A stretch of DNA of 32,000 nucleotides from Candidatus Jordarchaeales archaeon (GCA_038858525.1 JAWCFL010000015.1:1-32000); one strand, 5' to 3'. Shown: positions 18,027 through 27,628, counted from the stretch's first letter. Program-made: numbers and translations. The notes: generated by a model from the sequence alone, not told the origin.

Positions 18027-20141
18027 TTAAATTAGTGGCTTTGCATGCCTCCATAATTCATCGAATTCTTCTTTAAATCTTTTAGTTCCATGCAAACTAC
18101 AATCAATAATTAAATTTTCAACGTTTGAATCCAAACCACTAATTGTAAAATTAAATGACCCATGAAGTAGTATTACGCCGTCTACCAGCATACCCTTCGC
18201 ATGTAGTTCCTCCATAATTCTCCCTTGAAAAAGAGGAGAGTACTTTTTCGAGGCTTCAGTCAGTCTATTTATACTTTGAACTTGCACTTCGTTATCAGGG
18301 TCGATCTTCGTAAGTATACGAATTTTCAAATCTCTCTCTTCAGCTAATTTAACCAAGTTTTCAACTATTTCCGGAGATATCCATGGACTAACCAAATCGA
18401 TATTACTTTTAGCGGCTGATAGCGCTTCTTCAAATTCCTTCTTAACTCCTTTTCTTAATGGAAATGAGCACACTGGTTGTTTTATCATGATTAACATTTT
18501 TTCAAGAACTGCTTTAAGCACTCTTTCACTAACAAGGAATGGTTGATCGAATGGTAGGAAGGTACACCCTCTCTCCATCATTACACACAACTGACAACCA
18601 TCCCAACAATGCGGCCCCTTAGCCAAGAGATCATCCAACAAAGACCTTTCTTCTTCAGAAAGTCCTGAAAGGGTTTTCACTATTGCTTTACGAATAGAAT
18701 TGACATGCGGATAAATCATTGTATTAGGAAATGAGTTATAATAGGCTTTGAGTATTAAATCGACGAGTCTCTTACAATCTCTTTGAAAGAAGTCTAACTT
18801 ATTCAAATTTGTCAATTTTTTCTGAACTCTATCCTCACAATTTTCACTAAGTCCTCTTAATGCGGCAGAGACGAGCTCTTCAAGCATATTAGTCCCCTGA
18901 ATTCTTTCAACGAAACTTTTTAGGTATCCAAACCCTCCTATTGCTGTTTCAAAAAAAATCACTCTGATTTTTTCAGGAGACTCCCCCAGAACACGTAGCT
19001 TTGGATGCTCTATATAATAACTGATATCTTCAGTTTTACATCCAAATTTTGCAACTAAAGCATCTTTAAGCACATGTGCCAAACTATGAAGAAACAAAAT
19101 GCTAGCAAAATCCACAAGATCAGGAGTAATTTTCCCCCTTCGAACATCTTCGACTATTTCATTCACGGACTTGTCATGTTTCATATCTTGAACGACTTGC
19201 TCAACTATCTTGTCAAGCTTATTGAACCCTTTAAACCCTTTCCTCTCAGGTATAAACTCATGTTCTTTTTCTTCTCCCATATACAATCTGTATTTTAGAA
19301 TGACCCACCTAGCAACTTCATTATTTGATGATAGAACATCTTCGATTAATTCATATAGAGGTTCAAGCATAAATTCCAATTCAATTGCATGCACATTGCT
19401 TATTTCGAATCCCAAACCTTCTTTGAGGAAAACCGTGGGGTACGTTGGCATCCATTTAATTTTTGGGGAAAAAACAACTCCATTAATAAACATCTTAAAG
19501 CTGGCATGGTCAGTGAATCTCAAAATAGCTAACGGTTTACTCTCATATCTAATAGTTAATATTGGTAAAAAAGTGAATCCTCCGACATGTTCATCAAATT
19601 TTTTCCGAATTTGGGGATACACGTTAAAGAGACTTGAATAGGAAACAGGTCCCTTAGAGTAATATCTACACTGACTTCCTTTTGTATTCAGATAAGGACA
19701 ATCCTTTTTCTGCGGACAGCTCTGCTGAGAAGACAATAAGGTCCACCCGAGCACGCAATAATAACCTGAGTTAAGGGCAGACCAGCTAAATTCCATATAT
19801 GTTGGAGGGAAATCCCAATGACCATATTTAACATTTTCTCGTATATAAATGTACGAGCGATCCTCATCTTTTTGAAATGTAATAGCGTACAATTGATATG
19901 GATGGAGAACCGTTTTGAAAAAACGAGGCGATATGGATACTTTAAACGAATTTTTGCAGCTTTTTGAGCGCCACTCAAGTTGCGAAGTAGTTTTAATTTT
20001 AAAGTAGGCTAGTGGTGTTAGTATAAGTGTGTAATGTTTTTCAGCTTCAGCTCTCAAAAGCTTAAAGGGAGTGAATGTGTAAAGAGCTTGGATTCCTTGC
20101 CTTTGTATGGGTCGTTTGTCGAATATCTCACCTCTCGTCAT
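18027..20141 (-). CDS. DUF1998/MrfA-type Zn-binding domain fused to a C-terminal PLD-family nuclease (DrmB-DrmC-like or DpdJ-C-term/DpdK-like)
   Basis: HSLAHVL...FFETAIGGFGYL...C...HCWDGCQLC...C (DUF1998 pattern), then LVSPWI...IRILT...LHAKGMLVDG...HGSFNFT..GL..NVE (HxK(x4)D + GSxN). ATGA overlap with the helicase. Confidence 0.8.
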   Translation of the reverse strand: MTRGEIFDKRPIQRQGIQALYTFTPFKLLRAEAEKHYTLILTPLAYFKIKTTSQLEWRSKSCKNSFKVSISPRFFKTVLHPYQLYAITFQKDEDRSYIYIRENVKYGHWDFPPTYMEFSWSALNSGYYCVLGWTLLSSQQSCPQKKDCPYLNTKGSQCRYYSKGPVSYSSLFNVYPQIRKKFDEHVGGFTFLPILTIRYESKPLAILRFTDHASFKMFINGVVFSPKIKWMPTYPTVFLKEGLGFEISNVHAIELEFMLEPLYELIEDVLSSNNEVARWVILKYRLYMGEEKEHEFIPERKGFKGFNKLDKIVEQVVQDMKHDKSVNEIVEDVRRGKITPDLVDFASILFLHSLAHVLKDALVAKFGCKTEDISYYIEHPKLRVLGESPEKIRVIFFETAIGGFGYLKSFVERIQGTNMLEELVSAALRGLSENCEDRVQKKLTNLNKLDFFQRDCKRLVDLILKAYYNSFPNTMIYPHVNSIRKAIVKTLSGLSEEERSLLDDLLAKGPHCWDGCQLCVMMERGCTFLPFDQPFLVSERVLKAVLEKMLIMIKQPVCSFPLRKGVKKEFEEALSAAKSNIDLVSPWISPEIVENLVKLAEERDLKIRILTKIDPDNEVQVQSINRLTEASKKYSPLFQGRIMEELHAKGMLVDGVILLHGSFNFTISGLDSNVENLIIDCSLHGTKRFKEEFDELWRHAKPLI

Positions 20142-23008
20142 GCTTCCTCAACCCCTACTAACTCGAAATCAGGTGATGGTGTTTCTAATAACAATGAAAA
20201 GTGAATTTTTCCTTCAAAAAGCAAATTTAGTACTTGAAATAAATCAAACTTATACCCAAGCATAAGACTTGGTTCATTCTTTATTCGTTCAAAAGCCTCC
20301 TTCGCGTCAATTACTTCTAAGTCAACTGACTGAATTTTATCAAGCTTGGGAAAAATTTCGTCCAGAAGCCTAACCAGATCCGTACGTTCATCCCCTAATT
20401 CAGTTAGCTTATGTATAAACTTATTAAGGTCAGAAGAGTAGCCCGGTACAACTAATTGGATTATAATATTGCGCGTCTCATCGAGATTCATCAATTTGTC
20501 TTTAGCACTTTTAAAGACATCTGTATTCTCCCGTAACCACTTATTTATAGGATGACTTTTCTTGCTCTTTATTGCTTCATCTATTGCTTTTTGAAGACTA
20601 GAAATCCTTGGAAGAATTAAATCGATTGTCTGAGTAACTTCTCCTAATTTTTCTCTGAATTTTTCTCCAACTTCCGATAGAACCATGTTGTTCGAGGAAA
20701 TGATGTCATCTAACGCATCGACTAAGTTTTTTATTTTCTCCTTTATTTTCTTAGCCTGCTTTTTGCTATTCTCTATTAATGTTTTAATCTCACTTACTTC
20801 ACTTACTTTTTCATATTGTTTCGTTCCTGCTCGCAACTTTCTTAGTCCGTTAAGAAGTGGATCTAACAATTTGATGAATTCATTAATGGAATCTTTCAGT
20901 ACTTCCTCTTCAAAAAGCTTCACTTCCCTATTGAAATCGGGCAGGTTTTCCAGATCATTTCTAATTTCTTCTAGGCAATCTATCATGTTTTTATCTGCAC
21001 TTATGCCTTCAGTGTCTATATCGATGTATGTTTTTTTGTTTTCTAGTGTACGCTTTAGAAGAAGGAGTGAAAGAGTGTGCTGCAACTGTATATTGTGACT
21101 TGCTTTGCCTATGCGTAGAGGCGGCAAAAAACTAATGCTTTCTAAAGTTTCTCTTAGCCGCTCATCAAACATATAAAGTGTACTTAGAGGCAGCGCTGGG
21201 AATACTATAATTCCTAGGGCAATCCGATAACACGACAAATTTCTTCCAGCTCTTCCTACTCTCTGGACAACGCCTTCCGGTGTTAGCGGAAGCTTATGCT
21301 GGATTATAACTGCAACATCCGAGAGGTCTATACCTAGCTCAAGAGTCGATGTAGATAATAGCATTCGTTTTTCGCCTCTAACAAATGCGCTTTCTATTTC
21401 TGCTCTTTTTTCTAATGAAAGGCCGCCGTAATGCATATCTATACTTTGCTTATAACAATTCAGAACGAAATTTTTGAATACGGATAAATTACTACAGGTT
21501 CTTTCCGGGGCTAGTGTGATCCAACAATAATCATTAACCGGAGACTTATCTGTATTAAATATGTGATCCGTGATTTCTCTTCCTTTTCTAACTCCCAATA
21601 TAGTTGTGTGTACGTAATCTATCATAGTGCTTATTTCAGAAATGCTATCAATGAATGTTATACCTTTCATGTTATTCCTGTGACACCACAAAGTAACTGC
21701 AAGGATCAAAGCTTCTGTCAATGTTTCAATATCTTTGTCTGGATGCGGTAAAAGATAGAGATAAAGAAGAATACGATTAGATCTTTTCCCGGGGGCATTT
21801 TTGAGTGCTTCCTGAAAATCGATGTAAAAAAGTTCGGTCTCGCTTATTCCAGCTAAAGAAGCAATAAACTCTTTAGGATTAGAAATGGTAGCTGATGAAA
21901 AAACAAAAGTGGGAGGATGCCCGCGTTGGCTTGCGACAAATCTCAACATTTTTAAGATATAGCTAATATGTTCACCTAGGAAATGAGTGTACACGTGTGC
22001 TTCATCAATGACAACAAAATCCACATCATTAAATAAATTGACACTTCTTGACGACAATAACCTTCTATAGATTATCCACATGTTTGTTATAAGAATGGTC
22101 GGCTTTTTTTCCCATATATCGTCTTTAGTCGGTATAATGTAAGTATATTCTTTCCCACAATTGTTACATACCACCAGATTTCTTCCTCTTTGCGATTTAA
22201 TTATGAGCTCACCTTCTTCACAATACACACAATTTAACTTTCGAAAGCTAGCACCATCTTCTGCACTTCTCTTTCTGGGAGTATCGCTATCATCTATCCC
22301 TATAGTTATGACGTCTTTTCCGTTAGCTCGTAAGTCCAAATTTACATTATCGAGAAATTTTAAGAGTAACCGAAGCTGATCCCTTTCTAGAGCTTTCCTC
22401 GGGTAAATAAGAAGACATGCTACCCCGCCTCTGCCATTTATAATTCTCTCAATTGACCTTACAAGCAAAGGTATGAGAAAAGCAAGTGTTTTCCCTGAGG
22501 CAGTCGGTGCAACTATTGAAACATTCTTGTAAGAGCCAGAAAGGAGCTCCTTAATTATTGAATATTGATAACTAGACAGTCCCTTATATCCTGCTCGAGA
22601 TAGTGTATTGGTCAGACACTCTATAACCAAGCTGGGCGAATTAATTTCTTGGAGAATTTCACTTATCTTGTACCTCCCAAAGTCAGGCACGAGCTCTTTT
22701 CTTAAAACTATTTTGAATTCCAGCGGTATAGGATCCTGGCGTTCTAAGTTTCTGACTTGAATTAAACGGTATATTAAATCAAAATGCGTTGTTCGATAAC
22801 AGTCTTGGTCAAACGGAATAATAAGTCCCTTAGAAACTAAATCAGAAATATTTATCGTTTGACTTATCGCTAAAATGTCCTCGCTGGTGAGGAAAGTCTG
22901 AGGGGCACTGAATTTGAATGAATTGCGCTCAAGTTTTTCATATTCCAGTTCCACCAACCTTTGATAAGTATCTGCTAATTCTTCATTTATTATGCTCATC
23001 GCACTCAT
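20138..23008 (-). CDS. SF2 DEAD/DEAH-box helicase, DrmA/DpdJ/MrfA-like, with Zn finger and C-terminal coiled coil
   Basis: Q motif LSSYQ; I APTASGKT; Ia YPRKALERDQ; CVYC...CNNC; II DEAH; III SAT; IV FIDS; V STLELGID; VI QRVGRAGR. Confidence 0.92.
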   Translation of the reverse strand: MSAMSIINEELADTYQRLVELEYEKLERNSFKFSAPQTFLTSEDILAISQTINISDLVSKGLIIPFDQDCYRTTHFDLIYRLIQVRNLERQDPIPLEFKIVLRKELVPDFGRYKISEILQEINSPSLVIECLTNTLSRAGYKGLSSYQYSIIKELLSGSYKNVSIVAPTASGKTLAFLIPLLVRSIERIINGRGGVACLLIYPRKALERDQLRLLLKFLDNVNLDLRANGKDVITIGIDDSDTPRKRSAEDGASFRKLNCVYCEEGELIIKSQRGRNLVVCNNCGKEYTYIIPTKDDIWEKKPTILITNMWIIYRRLLSSRSVNLFNDVDFVVIDEAHVYTHFLGEHISYILKMLRFVASQRGHPPTFVFSSATISNPKEFIASLAGISETELFYIDFQEALKNAPGKRSNRILLYLYLLPHPDKDIETLTEALILAVTLWCHRNNMKGITFIDSISEISTMIDYVHTTILGVRKGREITDHIFNTDKSPVNDYCWITLAPERTCSNLSVFKNFVLNCYKQSIDMHYGGLSLEKRAEIESAFVRGEKRMLLSTSTLELGIDLSDVAVIIQHKLPLTPEGVVQRVGRAGRNLSCYRIALGIIVFPALPLSTLYMFDERLRETLESISFLPPLRIGKASHNIQLQHTLSLLLLKRTLENKKTYIDIDTEGISADKNMIDCLEEIRNDLENLPDFNREVKLFEEEVLKDSINEFIKLLDPLLNGLRKLRAGTKQYEKVSEVSEIKTLIENSKKQAKKIKEKIKNLVDALDDIISSNNMVLSEVGEKFREKLGEVTQTIDLILPRISSLQKAIDEAIKSKKSHPINKWLRENTDVFKSAKDKLMNLDETRNIIIQLVVPGYSSDLNKFIHKLTELGDERTDLVRLLDEIFPKLDKIQSVDLEVIDAKEAFERIKNEPSLMLGYKFDLFQVLNLLFEGKIHFSLLLETPSPDFELVGVEEA

Positions 23009-24500
23009 CCCAGTGCACAGAATTTTTGGGCAAAGAGAAAAATTTTGAAATAGGTATTACGCCTCTTTGAGCTAATTTCAGAGATCTATTAAAGTGCATC
23101 AACACACTAGAATCATTAATTGAAAGATTTAATTTATTTCTTATGATATCCTTAATTTCCATTAAATCCTTTCCTTTTCCTTGGCATTTATTTATCCAAA
23201 TGGCGATTTTTAATGCTTGAGTAATATGCATCTTTAACTCGTTTTCTTTTAGTTTAAATAAGTGATCGAAACCATAAAGAGTCAAGAGACTTTCAATTAA
23301 GGATGGATGAAGATAAAATAGAACATTATTAATGATTTGATAAACGCCTAGACTCTCCAAAATAATTTTAATTCCTTCCCATTTTTGGAGAAGACGAAAC
23401 GCAATAGTATCCCAATTAAGTTTATGCTGCTTAAAAAACGGGCTGTGAAAAACGTCTACCATCTCACGTTTTATTTTCTCTAACGTTGCTTCCAGACTTA
23501 ACGGTTCAGAAGATTCAAGATATTTTCGCCTCAACACGATGGAAGCAATAGTTATCACTATATTACTGTATTCATCATCAAACAATGCTGAAGAGTTTAA
23601 GGGATACAGTAATATTTGAAAGGAAGGATGTTTTTGCGTATATTCGTCATATATTCTTATACGCTTTATTATAACTGCCTCAGTTAATGATTTGTTTTCA
23701 ATGAGATGTGAATTTTCTTTAGGCAATAAGCAATAACATAATTTGGAATTTAGTGTATTATCGAGTATGTTGACCTTTAATTTAAGATAATGATTTCCTG
23801 ATGTTTTAACTTGCTTCGGGTCTAGATAACAGACCGTTTTATGGAGTGTAAAAATATCTAACTGTCTGTCACCAATGATTATGAATGGTGATTCATACCA
23901 TACAAATTTGTTTGTCAGGTCTGGGGGGTATAAAGCATTGAATATGTATTTTTTACTCAACTTAAGGGTTGAATCAACGTTGTTGCACCAGATTCTTTCC
24001 ACAGATTTAAGCCAGGCAAAATTAGCCATTGAAATATAGACATTTTTTGATGGAGAAAGAATAGTAAACAGAAAATTTTTGAGACGAAGATATTTTAAAC
24101 TAGATGGATCTAATATTGCTTGTTTTTCACCCCAATAGACAGCTGTAAAGATTCTATCAAATGAGAAGCTGTAAACTGGAAGGAAAGATGCTCTTTTGTG
24201 AAGTACTACGGGAGTTAGTGATAAATCTCGCTTGATCAAATTACGCCATTTAACTTGAGGGAATATTTCTCCAATTTCAAATATAAAGAACAATTTATTT
24301 AAATTTGTGGAACTGCAACTATCCTTTAGTTGCAATCTAATACAAAAATTCTGTTCATCGATACCTATGCACGGATGTTTATTACTATGAAGAAAATTAT
24401 ATGCACGAAACAAGTATTCCTTGTAGCTTTTTTGCATTATTTTATTTCCTTTTAAAATGTAATTCATATGCTCCTCAAGAACAACTTTTTCAACGTCCAT
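22983..24500 (-). CDS. Hypothetical protein (~505 aa), first gene of the low-GC operon
   Basis: Long uninterrupted ORF overlapping the helicase start by 26 bp. No recognisable motif. ATG 24500 is preferred because TTG 24521 lies too close to the TATA box. Confidence 0.75.
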   Translation of the reverse strand: MDVEKVVLEEHMNYILKGNKIMQKSYKEYLFRAYNFLHSNKHPCIGIDEQNFCIRLQLKDSCSSTNLNKLFFIFEIGEIFPQVKWRNLIKRDLSLTPVVLHKRASFLPVYSFSFDRIFTAVYWGEKQAILDPSSLKYLRLKNFLFTILSPSKNVYISMANFAWLKSVERIWCNNVDSTLKLSKKYIFNALYPPDLTNKFVWYESPFIIIGDRQLDIFTLHKTVCYLDPKQVKTSGNHYLKLKVNILDNTLNSKLCYCLLPKENSHLIENKSLTEAVIIKRIRIYDEYTQKHPSFQILLYPLNSSALFDDEYSNIVITIASIVLRRKYLESSEPLSLEATLEKIKREMVDVFHSPFFKQHKLNWDTIAFRLLQKWEGIKIILESLGVYQIINNVLFYLHPSLIESLLTLYGFDHLFKLKENELKMHITQALKIAIWINKCQGKGKDLMEIKDIIRNKLNLSINDSSVLMHFNRSLKLAQRGVIPISKFFSLPKNSVHWDECDEHNK

Positions 24501-24539
24501 AAAGCTCCATTCACCTCTCAAAAAATAGGTGATTGATTT

Positions 24540-24554
24540 TATATAAACTTTTTG
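24540..24554 (-). promoter_or_regulatory. Archaeal BRE + TATA promoter of the helicase operon
   Basis: Minus strand reads CAAAAAG-TTTATATA, about 40 bp upstream of ATG 24500, with GAGGTG and GGAG RBS-like motifs in between. Confidence 0.65.
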
Positions 24555-24897
24555 TCACTTACTAAAGTTGTGTAATAATTTGCTTTCATATAATGAATTT
24601 ATGAAGAAGTGAATGAGCTCTCTTTAATGAGTGTTTAAATCGCCCCTAAAACCTGCAAAGTTCTGCGAAATGGTTTCACCCAAGGAGGCGACCAAAGAGG
24701 AATTGTACAAAACGCCTAAACCTTCGGTAGAGGTGAGTTTATAGTGAAGCTGACCTCTCCCGACTTTATAAAGACTCCTCCTGTTAACTGTAATTTAAAA
24801 TTGAACAATCCGGCTGATTAAAAATTTGAACTATTATGAAGCGTGGAGCGTTGATGTTTTTAAGAGCAGTAAGTAAGGAGTTGAGTGGTGGAAGTAG

Positions 24898-25200
24898 GTG
24901 AGGTCTCTTAGCGAAGTTATAGAGGTTATCAGGAGGCATAGGGAGGAGCTTAGAGAGCGGTATGGTGTTAAGGAGATGGGTTTTTGCTCCCTTGTTAGAG
25001 GAAAGAGTGATGTCGACATACTTGTCGAATTTGAGAAGCCTATCAGCTCTTCAATTTTCTCGGGCTGGAGGATTACCTCAGCAGCTTGATGAGTGGAAGG
25101 GCGGACCTCTTTTCCAAGAAGGCGCTGAAGTCGCACATCGAAAAACACATCTTTAAAGAGGTCGTAATTGTATGAAGATGAAAGGAGACGTTAGGGATTA
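24898..25200 (+). pseudogene. MNT pseudogene plus a 5' stub of its probable HEPN/DUF86 partner
   Basis: IRRHREELRERYGVKEMGFCSLVRGKSDVDILVEFEKPIS, then frameshifted LEDYLSSL...KHIFKEVV, followed by MKMKGDVRDY and truncation. Confidence 0.8.
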
Positions 25201-25374
25201 TGTGTTGCGCGCTGTCATTCATTCAAGAGACCGAGGTGGAGGGTGCGTTTGCGCTTTCCGTGGTAAGTTTTTATTTTTTAGATGCTTTTGTATATGATGC
25301 ATATTTTGTGTGTAATGTATATTTTGTTGGTTTGGTGGTGTTTTTGTCTACTGTTAGGATAAGTGATGATAATA

Positions 25375-25600
25375 AGATGGTTCTTGTATTGGTTAATTCT
25401 AGGATTAGGGAGATGTTTTGAAGGAAAATGAGTGTTGATGGAGATGATACGTTTTTGGCGGAGTTGTTTCTTAGGAGGGGGAGTAGTGTGATGGATTTTT
25501 CGGTGTGTTGAGGGATTTGGATGTTGGGGAGCTGAACTCCCTTTTGAGGGTTGAGCGGGAGGGTGAGGAGGAGAGGTTGAGGAGGCTTGAGGGAGAGAGT
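25375..25600 (+). pseudogene. Degenerate AbrB-like antitoxin
   Basis: Fragments SRIREMF / SV.DF.GVLRDLDVGELNSLLRVEREGEEERLRRL directly upstream of the PIN remnant. Confidence 0.5.
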
Positions 25601-25981
25601 GGTTGTTGATGCTGGTGCGTGGCTGGAGTTTTTCGCTGGGAGTAGTGTTGGGGGGGAAGCTGGTGGGCCTCATTGAAGGCGCGGAGGTGTATGTTCCAGC
25701 TTTAGTTGTTTCTGAGCTTTTCTATGTCCTCTGCAGGAAGGTGGGGGGAGGAGCGCGCAGCAGAAATCGTTAGGAGGTTCGTTGATTCTGTGAAGGTTGT
25801 TAGTGATGTGGGTTTGTTCTTGGAGGCTGATGGTCAAGTGTAAGGCTCCCATAGCCCTGGCTGATTGCAGCGTGCTTGTTCTGGCGTCCATGGGGGGTGG
25901 AAAGGCGGTTTTCAGGAGAAGGAGAAGGAGCTGGAGAAGGCTGAAAGGAAAAAACCACTAAAAAAGGGTAGAGTACCTTGA
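25587..25981 (+). pseudogene. PIN-domain (VapC) pseudogene
   Basis: Reconstructed VVVDAGAWLEFFAGS...VPALVVSELFYVLCRK...KCKAPIALADCSVLVLA, with +1 shifts in two G runs and a further indel. Confidence 0.8.
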
Positions 25982-26098
25982 ACAAGACCAGTAATCAAGT
26001 GAGGGCTACAAGTGTTGCGCTCGTTGTTTCATTAATTTCTGGCGACAAAAGAAACGTTAATTGTGGTGCTGTGTATATGTTGGGTTTGGGTGTTGATT

Positions 26099-26324
26099 GT
26101 GATTAGAAAAGTTCGTCTTGAGAATTTTGGGGGTGTGGCTGAGGGGGTTGTTGAGGGGGGCTGAGCAGATGACTTTGCTTGTTGGTAGGAATGGTGCTGG
26201 TAAGTCTACATGTTGGAGGAATTGTATCTCGTGTCGGGTGCGTCCAGCGTCTCGACGGGGTGAAGGGAGTAGTATATTGGATTACGTTGTAGGTAGGAGA
26301 GGGTGTCGGGGTTATATGGAATAA
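26099..26324 (+). pseudogene. AAA_15/AAA_21-type ATPase pseudogene (may extend to ~26600)
   Basis: MIRKVRLENFGGVAEGVVEG / EQMTLLVGRNGAGKST (Walker A) / EELYLV / LDYVVGRRG, with frameshifts and stops. Confidence 0.8.
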
Positions 26325-26646
26325 GGATAGGCGCGTTCTCTGGTATTTGGAGAAGTTGAGAAAACAGGTCAGGATAGAGCGTGGACGTTGATAGTGTTGT
26401 CTATGATTTTCAGATACTCGATGATGAATGAAGAGGGAGCTGTACGCTGCGTGGCAAACGGGTTTCGGATGTCGACATTTTTCCGGTGAGTCGTGGCGGG
26501 AGACTTGCTCGATGTTTTGGTTTCCTTTGTATAAAGCGCCATAACAGTTTGGCGGCAGCGCATCGCTAGGGAAAAGGGTGGTTTCTACGGTTAACTCAAC
26601 AAGAATTCGCTTGTTGGGATAATTTTTGGGGGGATTAACTTGTTTT

Positions 26647-27582
26647 TTACTTTTTTCTTTTTGCGATGCCTGACCATGAAGCTTGGTTTAGGCCTCTCTT
26701 CCTTGCGGCTTCTGTTAGGAGGTCCATTTTTTCCTCGGTTATCAGGTCGTCGTTTTCGAATTCCCAGCTTATGCCTAGCCTCTTGTACTTTTTAAGGCAG
26801 GCTTTATTAAAGGCTAATAATTCGTATCTTTCAGCTGTAGGAAGATTTTCTCTTATGAAGTCTGCAATTTTTTCGATGTTTTTTGCATCGTCCGTGTATC
26901 GTGGGATGATGGGGGTCCGAGCCCAAATAGGCTTGCCTAGTTCAGCTATTCTTTTGGCGTTTGTTAATACGAGGCTGAGTGGGACCCCGAGACACTTTAA
27001 GTGCTTCTCTTCATCCATTAGCTTTATGTCGAGTATTACGAGTTCCGTGTTTTTCACTACGGGTTCTAGAAGCCTCCAATCGACCCCCAAACTTGTTTCG
27101 ACGGCTGTGTGAATGCCCTTTTTCCTGAGTTCTTTAAGTAGGTTGGTTGAAAATTCGGATTGAATTGCTGGCTCTCCTCCGGAAAGCGTTACACCGCCTC
27201 CGGATTTCTCATAGAACACTTCATCTCTAAGAAGTATCGAGACAACCTCGTCCACCGTGTATTGTTTTCCGTAGATTTCGAGGGCGCCAGCTGGGCATGC
27301 TTCTACGCATTTTCCGCAGTAACTGCATCTATCTCTTAGTATTTCTATTCCATTTCGCCCCGTTTTTATGGCTTCACTGGGACATATTTTAGCGCATTTG
27401 CCATCCTTGATGCAGAGTTCTTCATACCAGACTATTTCAGGGTGCATTTTTATGCCCTCTGGATTTTGACACCAGGGACATTTCATTCTGCAACCCTTTA
27501 GGAAAACAGTCGTCCTGATCCCGGGGCCGTCTTCAGTGCAATGACGCTGTATATTGAAAATAAGACCAGTATCTGGATTCAT
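26647..27582 (-). CDS. Glycyl-radical enzyme activating enzyme (radical SAM) with 2x[4Fe-4S] ferredoxin insert
   Basis: DGPGIRTTVFLKGCRMKCPWCQNPE (CxxxCxxC), CIKDGKCAKICP, CSYCGKCVEACP, GGGVTLSGGEP. Directly downstream of the GRE. Confidence 0.95.
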   Translation of the reverse strand: MNPDTGLIFNIQRHCTEDGPGIRTTVFLKGCRMKCPWCQNPEGIKMHPEIVWYEELCIKDGKCAKICPSEAIKTGRNGIEILRDRCSYCGKCVEACPAGALEIYGKQYTVDEVVSILLRDEVFYEKSGGGVTLSGGEPAIQSEFSTNLLKELRKKGIHTAVETSLGVDWRLLEPVVKNTELVILDIKLMDEEKHLKCLGVPLSLVLTNAKRIAELGKPIWARTPIIPRYTDDAKNIEKIADFIRENLPTAERYELLAFNKACLKKYKRLGISWEFENDDLITEEKMDLLTEAARKRGLNQASWSGIAKRKK

Positions 27583-27628
27583 TCAATCACCAAACAGATA
27601 AAAGGTGAGAAAAAAGAAAATTAGGGGG

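Noticed and set aside
16540-24521. Calling the operon canonical DISARM, Dpd, Druantia or BREX
   Set aside because: Signature partners (DrmD/DrmE, DpdA-D, DruA-D, PglZ/BrxC) were not recognised in the window, so no gene symbols were assigned.
25278-25985. Pro/His/Thr-rich minus-strand ORFs
   Set aside because: Antisense of the G/T-rich degenerate vapBC locus.
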